The notes: generated by a model from the letters alone, not told the origin. Positions 8,024 through 18,777 are shown, counted from the stretch's first letter. The stretch is 21,705 nt of DNA from Spirochaetales bacterium (GCA_037142615.1 JBAXAI010000052.1:1-21705); one strand, 5' to 3'. Numbers and translations: made by a program.

Positions 8024-9412
8024 ATGAACAGCTTTTTTCAAAATGCCTTTTCCCTGTTCCGCGAAAATCCTCTCCGGGGCTTCCTGAGCCTGTTTGCCCT
8101 CGTGGCAGGCAGCTTCTTGCTTGCCAGTTCGTGGGGCATCTCGGACGGTATCAACCGGCTTATCGAGGCGCAAAACGGTACCCAGGGTCTGGTGCTCACT
8201 TTGTCGAACGGAACGCTTGCCGCCGACGGAAGCTACGAACGGACCTTCCCGCCGCAGTTCGATTCCAAGATCGGCGACCTGGTCAAAGCCGCCCTTCCCC
8301 AGAGCACCAAGCCCTCACCGGTGGAACAGGTGCGCTTTGACACGATCGCCGTGGGCGACCAGCAGTACCGCATCCGCCGGGTGCTCGGTGTGGGAGAGTC
8401 CTACCTCGAAACGATGGGCCTCAAACTGATCGCCGGCTCGGGCCTGACCGCCGAAGACATCACAGCCCGCAAGACCGTCATCCTGATGACTGAGGAGGTC
8501 GCCAAGACTCTCTTCGGTTCGGCCCAGGACGCCGTCGGCAAGACCATCGACATGGTCACCCCCGCCCGGTTCGCTATGCGGATCCAGGGTGGCGCCGGCA
8601 CGGCCGCCGTGGGCGCCACAACGATCACCCGAAACCGGGGTACGGCCGCCACTGGCCTGCAGAATCTCGAAAGCTCCAAGCAGAAGTTCACGATCGGGGG
8701 CGTCTACCAGACCCCGGACTCTGCGACCCGCAGCAAGTTCGGACTGCCCGACGCGGTGCTCGCCTACACGGCTTCCCAGCCCGGTGGCTTCCAGGTTCCC
8801 GAGAACTTTTTCTGGGGCAGCGTCGTGTTCAACGCGAAGGGCGAAAGCCTCGACACGGCCCGTGCCAAGCTGACCGCCGCCGTGCTGGCCGAAAAGGGTG
8901 CCGACGCTAAGGCTGCCGTGTGGCAGGGCAACCCCCAGAACCCCGACGTGAAGGGTGAAGATACCGCCAAGGCACTCAGGGCCCTTGTTGCCATGATCAC
9001 GGCTCTCGGCCTGATCTTGGTTCTGGTCAGCGGTGTGGGCATGTACGGCATCATGACCGTCGAGGTAGCGGGTCGCAGCCGCCAGTATGGCATCCGCCGG
9101 GCTCTGGGCACCTCGGTGTCGCAAATCTATGGTCTGGTCGCCAAGCAGTCGGTGAGCCTGGCCGCGTTCGGAGCTCTCATCGGCATCGTGGTGGCCGCGC
9201 TCCTGTCGGGGTTGTTGCTCGGACAGTTGGCCCCCTGGTTCCAGCTGGTGGGCCTGCGCACCGAAACCCTGGCCACCATCGGCTTCAACCCGCTTCCTTA
9301 CCTCGAGGCCTTGGTCGCCTTGCTGGTTGCCTCGGGTTTGTTTGGCGTGCTCCCAGCGCTACGGTTGAGAAAGACCGAGCCGATCTCGCTCCTGAGAGAG
9401 GAAGCTGCCTAA
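8024..9412 (+). CDS. MacB/FtsX-family ABC permease 2
   Basis: Same 1+3 TM topology; RSRQYGIRRALG coupling motif; C-terminus LPALRLRKTEPISLLREE; AAGGA RBS. Confidence 0.88.
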   Translation: MNSFFQNAFSLFRENPLRGFLSLFALVAGSFLLASSWGISDGINRLIEAQNGTQGLVLTLSNGTLAADGSYERTFPPQFDSKIGDLVKAALPQSTKPSPVEQVRFDTIAVGDQQYRIRRVLGVGESYLETMGLKLIAGSGLTAEDITARKTVILMTEEVAKTLFGSAQDAVGKTIDMVTPARFAMRIQGGAGTAAVGATTITRNRGTAATGLQNLESSKQKFTIGGVYQTPDSATRSKFGLPDAVLAYTASQPGGFQVPENFFWGSVVFNAKGESLDTARAKLTAAVLAEKGADAKAAVWQGNPQNPDVKGEDTAKALRALVAMITALGLILVLVSGVGMYGIMTVEVAGRSRQYGIRRALGTSVSQIYGLVAKQSVSLAAFGALIGIVVAALLSGLLLGQLAPWFQLVGLRTETLATIGFNPLPYLEALVALLVASGLFGVLPALRLRKTEPISLLREEAA

Positions 9413-10681
9413 ATGAAGCGATTCGGACTTTTCGCCGCAGGGCTGGCCTTGGCCGGCTCGGTCGCCCTTGGGGCTCAGGCCGGGCCGGAGGCGTGGACCA
9501 AGCAGGCTCTGGTGGCCTTTGGCGAAGAACACGCTTCGAGCCTGTTGTCGGCCAAGACGTCGCTGCAAACTGCGCAGGATAAGGCCGATCACGCGGCACC
9601 GTTCTGGCAGAGCAGCGTCGGGGCCAGCGCACAGCTCGGGTCGAGTCCCAATGGCTCGTTGTCGCCCTCCGTTGGCCTGAGCAGCAGTTGGAAACCGCTG
9701 GACCAACTGAGCGTCGACGTGAGCGCCGATCTGTCAGGGCTCAAGGCCTCGACCAACGTCCACCCGTTCAGCAACTCGAGCTCGGTGACCTCGGCCCAAC
9801 AGGCCCTCGACCTCGAGAGGCTGAGGTACGAAAACGCGCGCGCGAGCCTCGACAAGGCAATCTTGACGGCGTACTCGCAGTGGGTGCGCACCAAACTGGA
9901 CCTGGGCATCGCGGTGCAGGACCGCGACGCCAAGAACGATGCGCTCGAGGCCGAACAGATCAAGTACGATGTCGGAAAATCGAGTGACTCGACCATCGGT
10001 GACGCACGCCTCGCCCTCCTGTCGAGCGACAAGAGCCTTTGGTCGGCGCGGGCCACCGAGAGCGCTGCCCGCGATGCCCTGTTCCTGGCCGTCGGCTACA
10101 CGGCCGACGACTTTTCGGCACAACTATTGGCCGACCCGGTGTTGGCCGGTGCCGACGACCTTCTGACGCGAGCCAAAGCAATTCTGACTGCCCAGACTCC
10201 TGTCAAACCGACGACGGATCTCGCGACCGCGCGGCTGCGGCTGGAGCAAGCGAAGGCCAACGCCGCGGGGTGGCCTAGCCTGCTCTCGGGCCTCGCGGCC
10301 AGCGGGTCGTACGCTACCAGCGGCAACTGGTCGGTAGGTGTGAACTACAGCCTGTCCTTCTCGAGCCTGGTTTCGCCGCAGGAAGACACCTTGAAGCAGG
10401 CCGTCGCTGACGCCGCGTACGCTTTGCGCACGGCCGAACTGCAGGCAGCGTCGAGTTCGCGTCAAGCGATGTGGAACCTGCAGGGTTCGGTGTCTCAGCT
10501 TGAGCTCAGTCAGAAGCAAGTGCTGCCCGCGCAGGCCTCGCTGGACGCTGAGAAGATCCGCTCGAGCACCGGTTCGAGTACAGCTCAAAAACTCAGGAGC
10601 CTGGAAATCAATGTGCTGAGGGCCCACTCGGCGGTTGCCTCGGCGCAGGCCGACCTGGAAGCGCAGTTGCTGAATTGGTAA
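9413..10681 (+). CDS. TolC-family outer membrane protein 1 (divergent)
   Basis: Signal peptide; two repeats of helix/beta-strand/helix with characteristic turns (KYDVGKSS; RSSTGSST); position in efflux operon. Confidence 0.7.
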   Translation: MKRFGLFAAGLALAGSVALGAQAGPEAWTKQALVAFGEEHASSLLSAKTSLQTAQDKADHAAPFWQSSVGASAQLGSSPNGSLSPSVGLSSSWKPLDQLSVDVSADLSGLKASTNVHPFSNSSSVTSAQQALDLERLRYENARASLDKAILTAYSQWVRTKLDLGIAVQDRDAKNDALEAEQIKYDVGKSSDSTIGDARLALLSSDKSLWSARATESAARDALFLAVGYTADDFSAQLLADPVLAGADDLLTRAKAILTAQTPVKPTTDLATARLRLEQAKANAAGWPSLLSGLAASGSYATSGNWSVGVNYSLSFSSLVSPQEDTLKQAVADAAYALRTAELQAASSSRQAMWNLQGSVSQLELSQKQVLPAQASLDAEKIRSSTGSSTAQKLRSLEINVLRAHSAVASAQADLEAQLLNW

Positions 10682-10710
10682 CCTCTGGCAGGCCGCGGTG
10701 TCTGGTCCAT

Positions 10711-12138
10711 ATGACAAGAATTGCCGCGGCGTTGGCGTCGCTCCTCTTCGTGCTCGCTCCGGCCTGGGGCGAGGCGCTGACCCTCGGACAAGCCGTCGAG
10801 GCTGCCTTGGCCCGGGGAGCCGATCAAGCGGTTCTCGATGCGGGCCTGCAGTCCGCTCAGGCGGCCTACCAGCAGGCCCAGGCCCGTGCCGGCTTCGCGC
10901 TTTCGACAAACTTCCAGTACAACGCCAGCGAAGCCCTCAACGACCCGGCGCGGCCCTTGGTGACAACCGGGGTCGCGAAGGATCCGCTGGTCTCGGGGGT
11001 TGGTTCGGTCACCAAGGACAGCGTGCTTCCTCAAAACGTGGTCGCCGGCGTCACGGCCAGTCTCCCTCTGACCACCGTAACCGTCAAAGGCCAGGAGAAC
11101 TTCCAGTTCGCCCCGGACGGAACCCTCAACCAGACCACGTCAGGCAGCGCGAATGTGACCCAGGTCCTTTGGAACGGCTACCCAGGAGGGCCCTTGCAGG
11201 CCGCGCTCGACAAGGCCGGGCTTACGCTGCAGATCGCACGCCTCAACGCGCAGGCGAACAGGAACAAGCTCATGCTGAGCGTTCGTCAGGCGTTCTATAC
11301 GCTGCTCTCGGCGCAGGAAAGCATGGCACAGCTCACCCTGACGCTGAGTCAACGGCAGGAGAGTCTCAAGTTCGTTCAGGCCAAGGCGTCGCTGGGGCAG
11401 GCCACGGGCTTGGATCTCAGAACGGCCCAAATCAACGCCCGCGCCGCGGAGCTTGACCGCCTCGCTGGTCAGGGCGCCCTCGAAGTTGCCAAACGTCGGC
11501 TTGCCAACCTGATGAGCCGGCCCGAGACCGAAGCGTTCACCGCGGCTCAAGAACCCGATCCGACGGTGCCTGCCGCCACCTTGGATGACGCGATAGCCCT
11601 CGCCCTGAAAAACCGGGTGGAGCCTCAGGTGGCGCGGGCCAACGCCGAGGCCGCGGCCGTCGACAGTCAGCTGGCTTCCGGAGCCACTACGCCCAGCGTA
11701 AGCCTTACCGGGGGCCTGAACTACGCGCATGACTGGCAGACCTCGGTCACCAGCGTCGTCGGAGTGCTCGGCCTGAGTATCGGGCTGCCCCTGATCGATG
11801 CAGGGCTCTCGAACGGACAATTGGCAGCCGCTTCCGCGACACAGACGTCGACCCACACCCAGGAACAGCAGTCGCTCCGTGCGATTCCGGTCGACGTCAC
11901 CGAAGCCTGGAACGCGTGGACCATCAACCAGCAACGGACCGAAGTGGCCTCGTGGTCGGTCGAGGTCGCGGTCGGCCAGCGCCAGATTGTGCAGGCGCAA
12001 TTCGACGCCGGTCTCAAAAATCTCACCGATCTGCAGACCTCCGACGTGACGGTCAGCACCGCGCAGTTCAACCTCCTCAAGGCCAAGATCACGACTCAGC
12101 TTTCGGCCCTCCAGCTCCAGAATCTCCTCGGCCTCTAG
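10711..12138 (+). CDS. TolC-family outer membrane protein 2
   Basis: Signal peptide then LTLGQAVEAAL; VRQAFYTLLSAQE; LGQATGLDL; LPLIDAG; QFDAGLKNLTDL; ends LQNLLGL. Start placed at ATG 10711 (the track uses an upstream TTG); no clear SD. Confidence 0.88.
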   Translation: MTRIAAALASLLFVLAPAWGEALTLGQAVEAALARGADQAVLDAGLQSAQAAYQQAQARAGFALSTNFQYNASEALNDPARPLVTTGVAKDPLVSGVGSVTKDSVLPQNVVAGVTASLPLTTVTVKGQENFQFAPDGTLNQTTSGSANVTQVLWNGYPGGPLQAALDKAGLTLQIARLNAQANRNKLMLSVRQAFYTLLSAQESMAQLTLTLSQRQESLKFVQAKASLGQATGLDLRTAQINARAAELDRLAGQGALEVAKRRLANLMSRPETEAFTAAQEPDPTVPAATLDDAIALALKNRVEPQVARANAEAAAVDSQLASGATTPSVSLTGGLNYAHDWQTSVTSVVGVLGLSIGLPLIDAGLSNGQLAAASATQTSTHTQEQQSLRAIPVDVTEAWNAWTINQQRTEVASWSVEVAVGQRQIVQAQFDAGLKNLTDLQTSDVTVSTAQFNLLKAKITTQLSALQLQNLLGL

Positions 12139-12147
12139 AAAAGGAAT

Positions 12148-13836
12148 ATGATGAAACCCAGCCTGCTTATCTTCACCTCTTTGGCTCTCGTTCTTCTCGG
12201 CTCGTGTACGCCAGCGGCACCCACCGGCGCGGCACCCACCGGCGCGGCCCCTGCCAACGCGACCGCCGGGGCCGCCGCGGGTCAAGGAAACTTCCAGCGT
12301 CAGGGAGGACAAGGTGGCCAGGGGGGCCAGGGCGGGCAGACGGGCAACCGCCGTTCCGCCACGGTCACGGTCGAGGTGCAGAACGCCCGGATCGGAGCTT
12401 TGGCCGTTGACCAGACCGCCGCGGGGGCCATCCTGCCCGAGACCCAGAGCTCGGTGGCTGCGGGAGCCACGGGCACGGTCAAGGCCGTCCTCAAGAAAGC
12501 GGGCGACTGGGTGGAAGCCGGTACCCCCGTCCTTCAGCTCGATGATGCCCAACTCAAACTCTCGGTTCGCCTCGCGCAGGCCACGCTCGAGAACGCCAAG
12601 ATCAACGCCGGACAAAGCACCGGTGGCGCCGAAGGGAGCAGTTCCAAGCTCGGGCTTCAGTTGCAGTCGGCTCAGTCGGCGCTCAATTCCGCCCAGAAGA
12701 ACTGGGCTTCGGCGCAGGCGCTCAACAAGATCCAGGGCATTTCCGGCTCGGATTACGACAACGCCCAGGTGCAGCTTCAGACCGCGCAGGCAAACCTGGA
12801 GTCGGCCAAGATGGCGCTGCAGCAGAACGGACTTCAGGTCGAGACGGCTTCCATCCAACTCGAGCAGGCCCAGCTCAATTTGGCCAACGCCACCATCAAG
12901 GCACCGTACGGTGGCCAGATTTCGGTGGTGAACGTGCACCCCGGCGAATACGTCGGGCAGAGCTCAGCGGTTTTTGGGTTGGTCAGTCGGGCCAAGGTGA
13001 TCAGCTTCAGCGTCTCGCCCAGCGATGCCCCGGGCTTGAACACCGGCACGCGGGTCAAGTTCGACTACAACGGCAAGACGGCTCAAACGCAGATCACCCA
13101 GCTGCCGGCGGCTCCCGTCAACGGCCTGGTGACGCTCACTGCCGGCCTTCCGGAATCCATTACCGCCTCGCTGGGAACCGTCGGGACCATTTCGTACAGC
13201 GTCGTGCTCGCGCAGGGCACCATCGTGCCGCTCTCGGCCCTGCAGAGTGCCGAAAACAAGACCTACGTGTACACCAATGAGAACAACAAAGCGGCCCGCT
13301 ACGAGGTGGAAGTGCTTGCCGAGTCAGGTTCCGATGTCGCCGTGACGGGCCTGAAAGGCACCCCCTCGGTCATCCTGAACCCTCCCCCGGGGCTCCTGGT
13401 GGGAGCGGCACTTCAAGGCGTGGCGAGCGCGGCAGGAACGACCGCGCTGACAGCCGCCGGGGCCGGGACGGGCAACGGACAGCGACAGCGCGGCAACTTC
13501 ACCGGGGCGGCCGGGGCTGGTACGGCCGGGACCCCTGGGGCGGCCGGTGCGGGGGCGGCTGGGGCTGCTGCAGGGGGGACCGGTCAACGCCAGCGAGGCA
13601 ACTACACCGGGGCTGGAGCGGGTGCTGGTGCGGGAACCGGAGCACAGGCCCCCCTCGATCCCAACGCTGCGGCAGGTTCCAACGGGTTTGGCGGCCAGCA
13701 GGGCGCTGCCGGTTCGGGGGCTGTTCCTGGAACTCGGCGGCGCGGTCAGGGCCAGAACGCGGCCGGGGCCACGGCCGGAGCACCGACCGACACGGCCACG
13801 CCAGCGGCGCCTGCCACGACCACCGGGGGCCAATGA
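12148..13836 (+). CDS. RND periplasmic adaptor lipoprotein with long Gly/Ala/Gln-rich termini
   Basis: Lipobox LLGSC; [17 protein letters not shown]; coiled coil; IKAPYGGQI; ~140-residue low-complexity C-terminal tail; AAGGA RBS. Confidence 0.9.
   Translation: MMKPSLLIFTSLALVLLGSCTPAAPTGAAPTGAAPANATAGAAAGQGNFQRQGGQGGQGGQGGQTGNRRSATVTVEVQNARIGALAVDQTAAGAILPETQSSVAAGATGTVKAVLKKAGDWVEAGTPVLQLDDAQLKLSVRLAQATLENAKINAGQSTGGAEGSSSKLGLQLQSAQSALNSAQKNWASAQALNKIQGISGSDYDNAQVQLQTAQANLESAKMALQQNGLQVETASIQLEQAQLNLANATIKAPYGGQISVVNVHPGEYVGQSSAVFGLVSRAKVISFSVSPSDAPGLNTGTRVKFDYNGKTAQTQITQLPAAPVNGLVTLTAGLPESITASLGTVGTISYSVVLAQGTIVPLSALQSAENKTYVYTNENNKAARYEVEVLAESGSDVAVTGLKGTPSVILNPPPGLLVGAALQGVASAAGTTALTAAGAGTGNGQRQRGNFTGAAGAGTAGTPGAAGAGAAGAAAGGTGQRQRGNYTGAGAGAGAGTGAQAPLDPNAAAGSNGFGGQQGAAGSGAVPGTRRRGQGQNAAGATAGAPTDTATPAAPATTTGGQ
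12214..12249 (+). repeat. 15-bp tandem repeat GCGGCACCCACCGGC x2 plus partial third (AAPTG)
   Basis: Exact copies at 12214-12228 and 12229-12243. Confidence 0.85.
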
Positions 13837-16800
13837 TGCCGTCGGTCCGCGAGCTTCAAGCCCGCATTTTCGACCGCGTGAATCCGGCGGTGAAGTTCTC
13901 GGTCAGCCGTTACGTGCTGGCGGTGGGCTTCTTCGTGGCCATGGTGCTCTTCGGACTAGTGTCGACGTTCAACCTGGGCGTCGACCTTTTGCCCTCGGTG
14001 AGCATTCCTGTGGTGGCCATTCAAGTCAGCTATCCGGGGGCGACTCCTTCGGTCATCGACACACAGATCACCCAGGTGGTGGAAGGCTCGGTGGCCACGC
14101 TTTCGGGCATCACCGACATCTCGTCGAGCAGTTCGTCGGGCGCGAGCCGCGTCACGGTCAATCTCGACGCCAACGTCAACAAAGACGCGGCGATGAACCA
14201 GATCGCGGCCCGGGTGAACGCGCTGTCGAGGCGCTTCCCATCGGGCGTCGGTGCGCCCGTGGTGCAGTCGTTCGACCCCAACTCGCAACCCATTCTGCAG
14301 TTCGGCATCTCGGCCAAGGCCATCGCCATGGAAACGGTTGGCGACTGGGTGCAGAACGACTTTGCACCGCAGTTGGAGCGGGTGAACGGCGTTGCCAACG
14401 TCACCGTCGAGGGGGCACCTACCCGGCAGTACCAAGTCTACCTAGACCCGAACAAACTGCAGTACTACAAGCTCAACCCCCAGCAGATCAGTCAGGCCAT
14501 CACGGGGTCGGCTCTCAACCAGCCCATTGGCACGATCACTTCCAACGCCAACACGCTGAGCTTCGCCACCAAGAGCCAGCCGACCGGCGTTGACTCGATC
14601 GCGAACATCCTCGTCGATACCACGAAAGGTGTCACCGTCGGCGACCTGGCCATCGTGCGGGTCATTCCGGTTCCCTCAAGCTTCGTCCGGGTCAACGGAC
14701 AGCCGTCGGTGCTGGTGTCGATCCAAAAAAGCTCGGAAGGCAATTCGGTCGCGGTGGCCAGCGCCGTGCGTGCCTTCCTCAAGACAGCTACCCTGCCCAA
14801 GGGCTACTCGCTGACCATATCGAACGACACCACGGGCCCCATCACGGCCTCGATCAACTCCACCTACCAGGAATTGGGGATCACTGCGCTGGTAGTTGCG
14901 CTTATCTGCCTGCTGTTCCTGGGCAAGCTCAACACCACGCTGAGCGTGGTCCTGGCCATCCCGATCGCGCTGTCGGCCGCGCCCATCCTCTACAGCCTGA
15001 TGGGCTTCTCGTTCAACCTGGTGTCGCTGCTGGCGATGATCGTGGCCATTGGCATCGTGGTCGACGACTCCATCGTCGTGTCCGAGAACGTCGAGCGGTA
15101 CCGGAAGATGGGCTACTCGCTCAAGGACTCGGTGCTCAAGGGCGCGAGCGAAGTCTTCAGCGCCGTAGTCGCGGCCTCGTTGTCTCTGCTTTCGGTGTTG
15201 CTGCCGGTCAGCTTCATCGGGGGGGTGATCGGGCGTTACGTCATGCAGTTCTCGCTGGGCTTGGCGGCGGCCGTGTTCTTCTCGCTGGTCGAGGCCATCC
15301 TTTTTCTCACGGTGCGCCTGGCGTATACCCCCGAGAGCCGAGACCTGACTTGGAGAGACTTAGGGCGCAGTTTCATCGAGCTCTTCCCGGCCCTGAAGGG
15401 GGGCTTCGCCAGCCTCAAGAAGTGGTACGTTCTGGTGTTGCTCGTGACCGGGGGCGGGGTTCTCGTCTGGCAGAAGTTGTACTGGTGGCTCTTCGCGCTG
15501 CTTGCCTGGCCGGTCGCGGCGGGCTTGGCCTGGTACGTGCTCAGGATTGTGTTCACCTTCGTCCAGGCGCTCACGGGAACGCTGCACGGCGTTACCGAGG
15601 CTGGTCTGAATTGGATCCGGGAAGGCTACGTGAAGTCGCTGGGCGGTGTGCTCAGGTTCGGCGCCTTCATCCTAGGCGGCGCTTTGGTCTTCTTTGTCGG
15701 TACGCTCGTCTACATCGGGCCCAAGATACCGTTCAACTTCGTGCCGCAGTCCGACTCAGGGACGCTGAGCGCGGGCCTGCGCCTGCCGCAAGGAACGCCG
15801 GCCTCGCTGACCAATGCCGCCACAGGCCGCCTGGAAACCTGGCTGCTGCAGCAACCCGAAGTCCTCACCCTGCAGACCACCGTCAGCTCGGGGGGCACGG
15901 GCGGCATTGCCGGAAACGCGAGCATCACGATCCAACTGGTCCCGGTCGAAAAGCGGCGCTCGTCGTTCGTGCTTTCGCAAGCGTGGAGGACCGCGCTGAC
16001 GCCCTTGGTCGCCGACCTGCCTTCGGCGCGGGTTTCGGTCAACGCCGGGGGCTTCGGCGGGGGCGGTTTTGGCGGGGCGGGCACGTCTGTGAGTTTCCTG
16101 TTGATCTCATCGAACCTCGATGAGCTGACCGCCACCAACGATCAGGCCATCGCTGCGCTTCAAGCGAACCCGCTGGTGAACGACGTCACGTCGAGCCTGT
16201 CGAACATGAACCTCGAGAACGATTTTGTCCCCGACCCCGACAAGCTCAAAGGGACGGGCCTCAGCCCGGGCACCGTCGCCACCGTGCTGCAGACCTACGC
16301 TTCGGGCACGCAGGCCTCGAGCGTGCAGTTGGGAGGCAAGAGCTACCCCATCCAGGTGCAGATCGATCCGGCGTACCTCAACGGCACTCAGTCGCTGCTC
16401 AACCTTCCCGTTTACGCCCCGGCGCTGCAAACCACGCTGACCGCCGGTCAGCTCGGGTCCTTTGTGCTCACCCCCTCGCCGGCCAGCATCAGCCGAACCA
16501 ATCGGGTCTATTCCGCGACACTCAACGTCAGCCTAAAGCCCGGTTCACCGCCTGCGCTGGCGTTTCAGAACCAGGTGAAGGCCGACTTCCTCAAACAGGG
16601 CATCCTCGGCGGTTCGGTGAGCATCGGCGACGAAAGCCGCAACGGCATCGCTGCGCTCTCGGGCCAGTTGGCCACCCAAGGTCCCATCGCCTTCGTGCTC
16701 GCCGTCTTCCTCGCCTACCTGGTGATGGGGGCACAGTTCAACTCGTGGCGCTATCCGTTCTACCTACTGCTTCCGGTACCGCTGGCCTTGGTGGGAGCGC

Positions 16801-17228
16801 TGTGGTTTGTGTTTTGGAGCAACTCCGGGCTCGACATTTTCGGCGTGCTGGGCATGCTCATGCTCATTGGGTTGTCGGCCAAGAACGCCATCATTTACCT
16901 CGATTTTGTGGTGGAACGGCTGGATCTGATGCCCCTGCGCGACGCGCTCATCGAATCGGCCCGCCTCCGCTTCCGGCCCATCGTGATGACGACGCTGACG
17001 GTGCTGGTGATCAGCTTTCCCCTCATCTTCAACGGCGGTCAGGGTTCGGAGTTTGGCCAGAAGATGGGTCTGGTCATGCTGGGGGGCATCCTCAGTTCAG
17101 CCATCCTCACCTTTTTCGTGGTGCCGGCAGCGTTCTGGCTCTTCGAACGCAAGCGCCACCCGGACCCACTGGTCAACCTGTTGTCGCCTGAGAATCTGCC
17201 CGCAGAAACCGGAGAACCACCTGGTTGA
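13833..17228 (+). CDS. AcrB/AcrD/AcrF-family RND transporter
   Basis: YPGATP after TM1; proton-relay motifs intact ([34 protein letters not shown]); start overlaps the adaptor stop (ATGA). Confidence 0.95.
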   Translation: MMPSVRELQARIFDRVNPAVKFSVSRYVLAVGFFVAMVLFGLVSTFNLGVDLLPSVSIPVVAIQVSYPGATPSVIDTQITQVVEGSVATLSGITDISSSSSSGASRVTVNLDANVNKDAAMNQIAARVNALSRRFPSGVGAPVVQSFDPNSQPILQFGISAKAIAMETVGDWVQNDFAPQLERVNGVANVTVEGAPTRQYQVYLDPNKLQYYKLNPQQISQAITGSALNQPIGTITSNANTLSFATKSQPTGVDSIANILVDTTKGVTVGDLAIVRVIPVPSSFVRVNGQPSVLVSIQKSSEGNSVAVASAVRAFLKTATLPKGYSLTISNDTTGPITASINSTYQELGITALVVALICLLFLGKLNTTLSVVLAIPIALSAAPILYSLMGFSFNLVSLLAMIVAIGIVVDDSIVVSENVERYRKMGYSLKDSVLKGASEVFSAVVAASLSLLSVLLPVSFIGGVIGRYVMQFSLGLAAAVFFSLVEAILFLTVRLAYTPESRDLTWRDLGRSFIELFPALKGGFASLKKWYVLVLLVTGGGVLVWQKLYWWLFALLAWPVAAGLAWYVLRIVFTFVQALTGTLHGVTEAGLNWIREGYVKSLGGVLRFGAFILGGALVFFVGTLVYIGPKIPFNFVPQSDSGTLSAGLRLPQGTPASLTNAATGRLETWLLQQPEVLTLQTTVSSGGTGGIAGNASITIQLVPVEKRRSSFVLSQAWRTALTPLVADLPSARVSVNAGGFGGGGFGGAGTSVSFLLISSNLDELTATNDQAIAALQANPLVNDVTSSLSNMNLENDFVPDPDKLKGTGLSPGTVATVLQTYASGTQASSVQLGGKSYPIQVQIDPAYLNGTQSLLNLPVYAPALQTTLTAGQLGSFVLTPSPASISRTNRVYSATLNVSLKPGSPPALAFQNQVKADFLKQGILGGSVSIGDESRNGIAALSGQLATQGPIAFVLAVFLAYLVMGAQFNSWRYPFYLLLPVPLALVGALWFVFWSNSGLDIFGVLGMLMLIGLSAKNAIIYLDFVVERLDLMPLRDALIESARLRFRPIVMTTLTVLVISFPLIFNGGQGSEFGQKMGLVMLGGILSSAILTFFVVPAAFWLFERKRHPDPLVNLLSPENLPAETGEPPG

Positions 17229-17940
17229 ACAGTTCGGCGTCGGATTGGAAGAACCCGTGGTCCGCTGCGGGGAAAATACAGAGCTGAGCCCCAGGAATCG
17301 CCTGGGCGATCCGCACCGTGTGTTCGATCCGGATGAGGTCGCGGTCGCCCGCCATCACCAGGGTCGGGCAAACGATGGACGCCAGGTCCTCGAACGCGAG
17401 GTTGGGTTCGTCGCGCATCATGCGGTTGAGCGCGCGGTCCCAAGCCGGTGTCGCCGGGTTGGCAACGACCGACTCAACGGCATCGAGAAGCTCCTGATCG
17501 AAGGCAGAGTTATCTGACACGAGGTTGGCACCCGAGATGGCCAAGGCGGCCACGAGGTCGGGCGCCTGCCTTGCGAGCACGAGTCCGACGATTCCACCGT
17601 CGCTCCAACCTACGACCCTGACCCGTCCCCACCCCTTGTGACGTAGCAGCGCTTCGACGTCGTCGGCCATCTGTTGGTAGTGGAGGGTCTCGAGAAGCGG
17701 GCCCTCTCGTTCGCCCGACTTGCCCTGGCAACGACTGTCGAGACCGATCACGCGGTAGCCGGTGGCAAACGCCTCGAGCTGGGCCGAGAACGTGCTCATC
17801 GAGCCGCCGTTACCGTGGAGTAGCAACAGCGGCTCTCCCTTGCCATAGATCTCGAAGTAGAGCGTGGTGCCATTGATCGCCGCGTAGCCACCGGCTGAGG
17901 GGTTGTCGCCAAAACGGGCAGGATCCAAGTTGGGGTGCAT
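17173..17940 (-). CDS. Alpha/beta fold hydrolase
   Basis: [17 protein letters not shown], nucleophile elbow GWSDGG, acid GDRD, His in ADHG. AGGAGG RBS before ATG 17940; the longer track ORF overlaps the mutarotase. Confidence 0.9.
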   Translation of the reverse strand: MHPNLDPARFGDNPSAGGYAAINGTTLYFEIYGKGEPLLLLHGNGGSMSTFSAQLEAFATGYRVIGLDSRCQGKSGEREGPLLETLHYQQMADDVEALLRHKGWGRVRVVGWSDGGIVGLVLARQAPDLVAALAISGANLVSDNSAFDQELLDAVESVVANPATPAWDRALNRMMRDEPNLAFEDLASIVCPTLVMAGDRDLIRIEHTVRIAQAIPGAQLCIFPAADHGFFQSDAELFNQVVLRFLRADSQATTG

Positions 17941-17951
17941 GAAAGGGCCTC

Positions 17952-18722
17952 CTAGAGCCGCGCGACCGTGTAGACGACCGCCAACGTGTGCGTGGCCCCG
18001 GGAGCCAGCGTGACTGCATCGCCGCGCACGTTGCCGCTTTCGACGCAGACAAAGTTCCGGTGCAGCTCGTCGCCCAAGTCGCCGAGCAGCCGTGCGCGGG
18101 CTTCGCCAGGGTTCCAGATGACGGTCGAGGCACTTCCCGACTTGTCGATGCGAAGCTGGCGACCCAAGCTCGGATCCCGGATCACGCACGAAGCGGTGGT
18201 GCCTTCAAACACTTGGTCCACTTCGCCGGAAAACCTCACCTCGCCTTCGGGTCCGGCGACTTCGACTCTGCCGATATCGCCAACTTGGAAGTAGGTGTGA
18301 AGCGCTTCGGTGAACGTGAAGGGACGGCCGTCGGTGTTGCGGGTGAGGAGGCGAAGCGTCAGGTCGGCACCGAACTCGGCTTGAAACTCGACGCGAGCGC
18401 GGTACGGCCAGCGCGGATCCTCGGTCCCGTTCACGTCGAGACCAAAGCTCACGGTGAGGTGCTCTGGCCGCTCGGTGACCCCAAGTAGTGTCCAAACAAG
18501 GGTGCGAACGAACCCATGCCTCGCCCCGCCGTCAGGGTGGGCTCCAAACCAGGGCCAACAGACCGGAACTCCACCCCGCAACACCTCACCGGTCTCCCAG
18601 CGCGTGGAAGACGACATCCACAGCACCGGCTCGTGCCCCGCGGGTTGCCAACTGGTGAGGTGGGCCCCTTGAAGCGTGAACGTTGCGAGGTCATCGGCGT
18701 GGTGAAGCGTCATTCGGGTCAC
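17952..18722 (-). CDS. D-hexose-6-phosphate mutarotase (YeaD-like, aldose 1-epimerase superfamily)
   Basis: GAHLTSW, RGGVPVCWPWFG, HGFVR, ALHTYF, VIWNPG, FVCVE; AAGGAG RBS. Confidence 0.9.
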   Translation of the reverse strand: MTRMTLHHADDLATFTLQGAHLTSWQPAGHEPVLWMSSSTRWETGEVLRGGVPVCWPWFGAHPDGGARHGFVRTLVWTLLGVTERPEHLTVSFGLDVNGTEDPRWPYRARVEFQAEFGADLTLRLLTRNTDGRPFTFTEALHTYFQVGDIGRVEVAGPEGEVRFSGEVDQVFEGTTASCVIRDPSLGRQLRIDKSGSASTVIWNPGEARARLLGDLGDELHRNFVCVESGNVRGDAVTLAPGATHTLAVVYTVARL

Positions 18723-18777
18723 AGGGTACTCCTTTCAAACAGCCCCAGGCAGGGGTCATTCCGGGTGCGGCCGAACC

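Noticed and set aside
12214-12340. Short tandem repeats as CRISPR-like or phase-variable elements
   Set aside because: In-frame coding repeats (multiples of 3 nt) with no spacers and no cas genes.
11140-12939. 599-aa minus-strand ORF
   Set aside because: Antisense shadow of the TolC and adaptor genes; no motifs; long antisense frames are expected at high GC.
13547-14593. 348-aa alternative-frame plus-strand ORF
   Set aside because: Arg-rich off-frame reading overlapping two well-supported genes.
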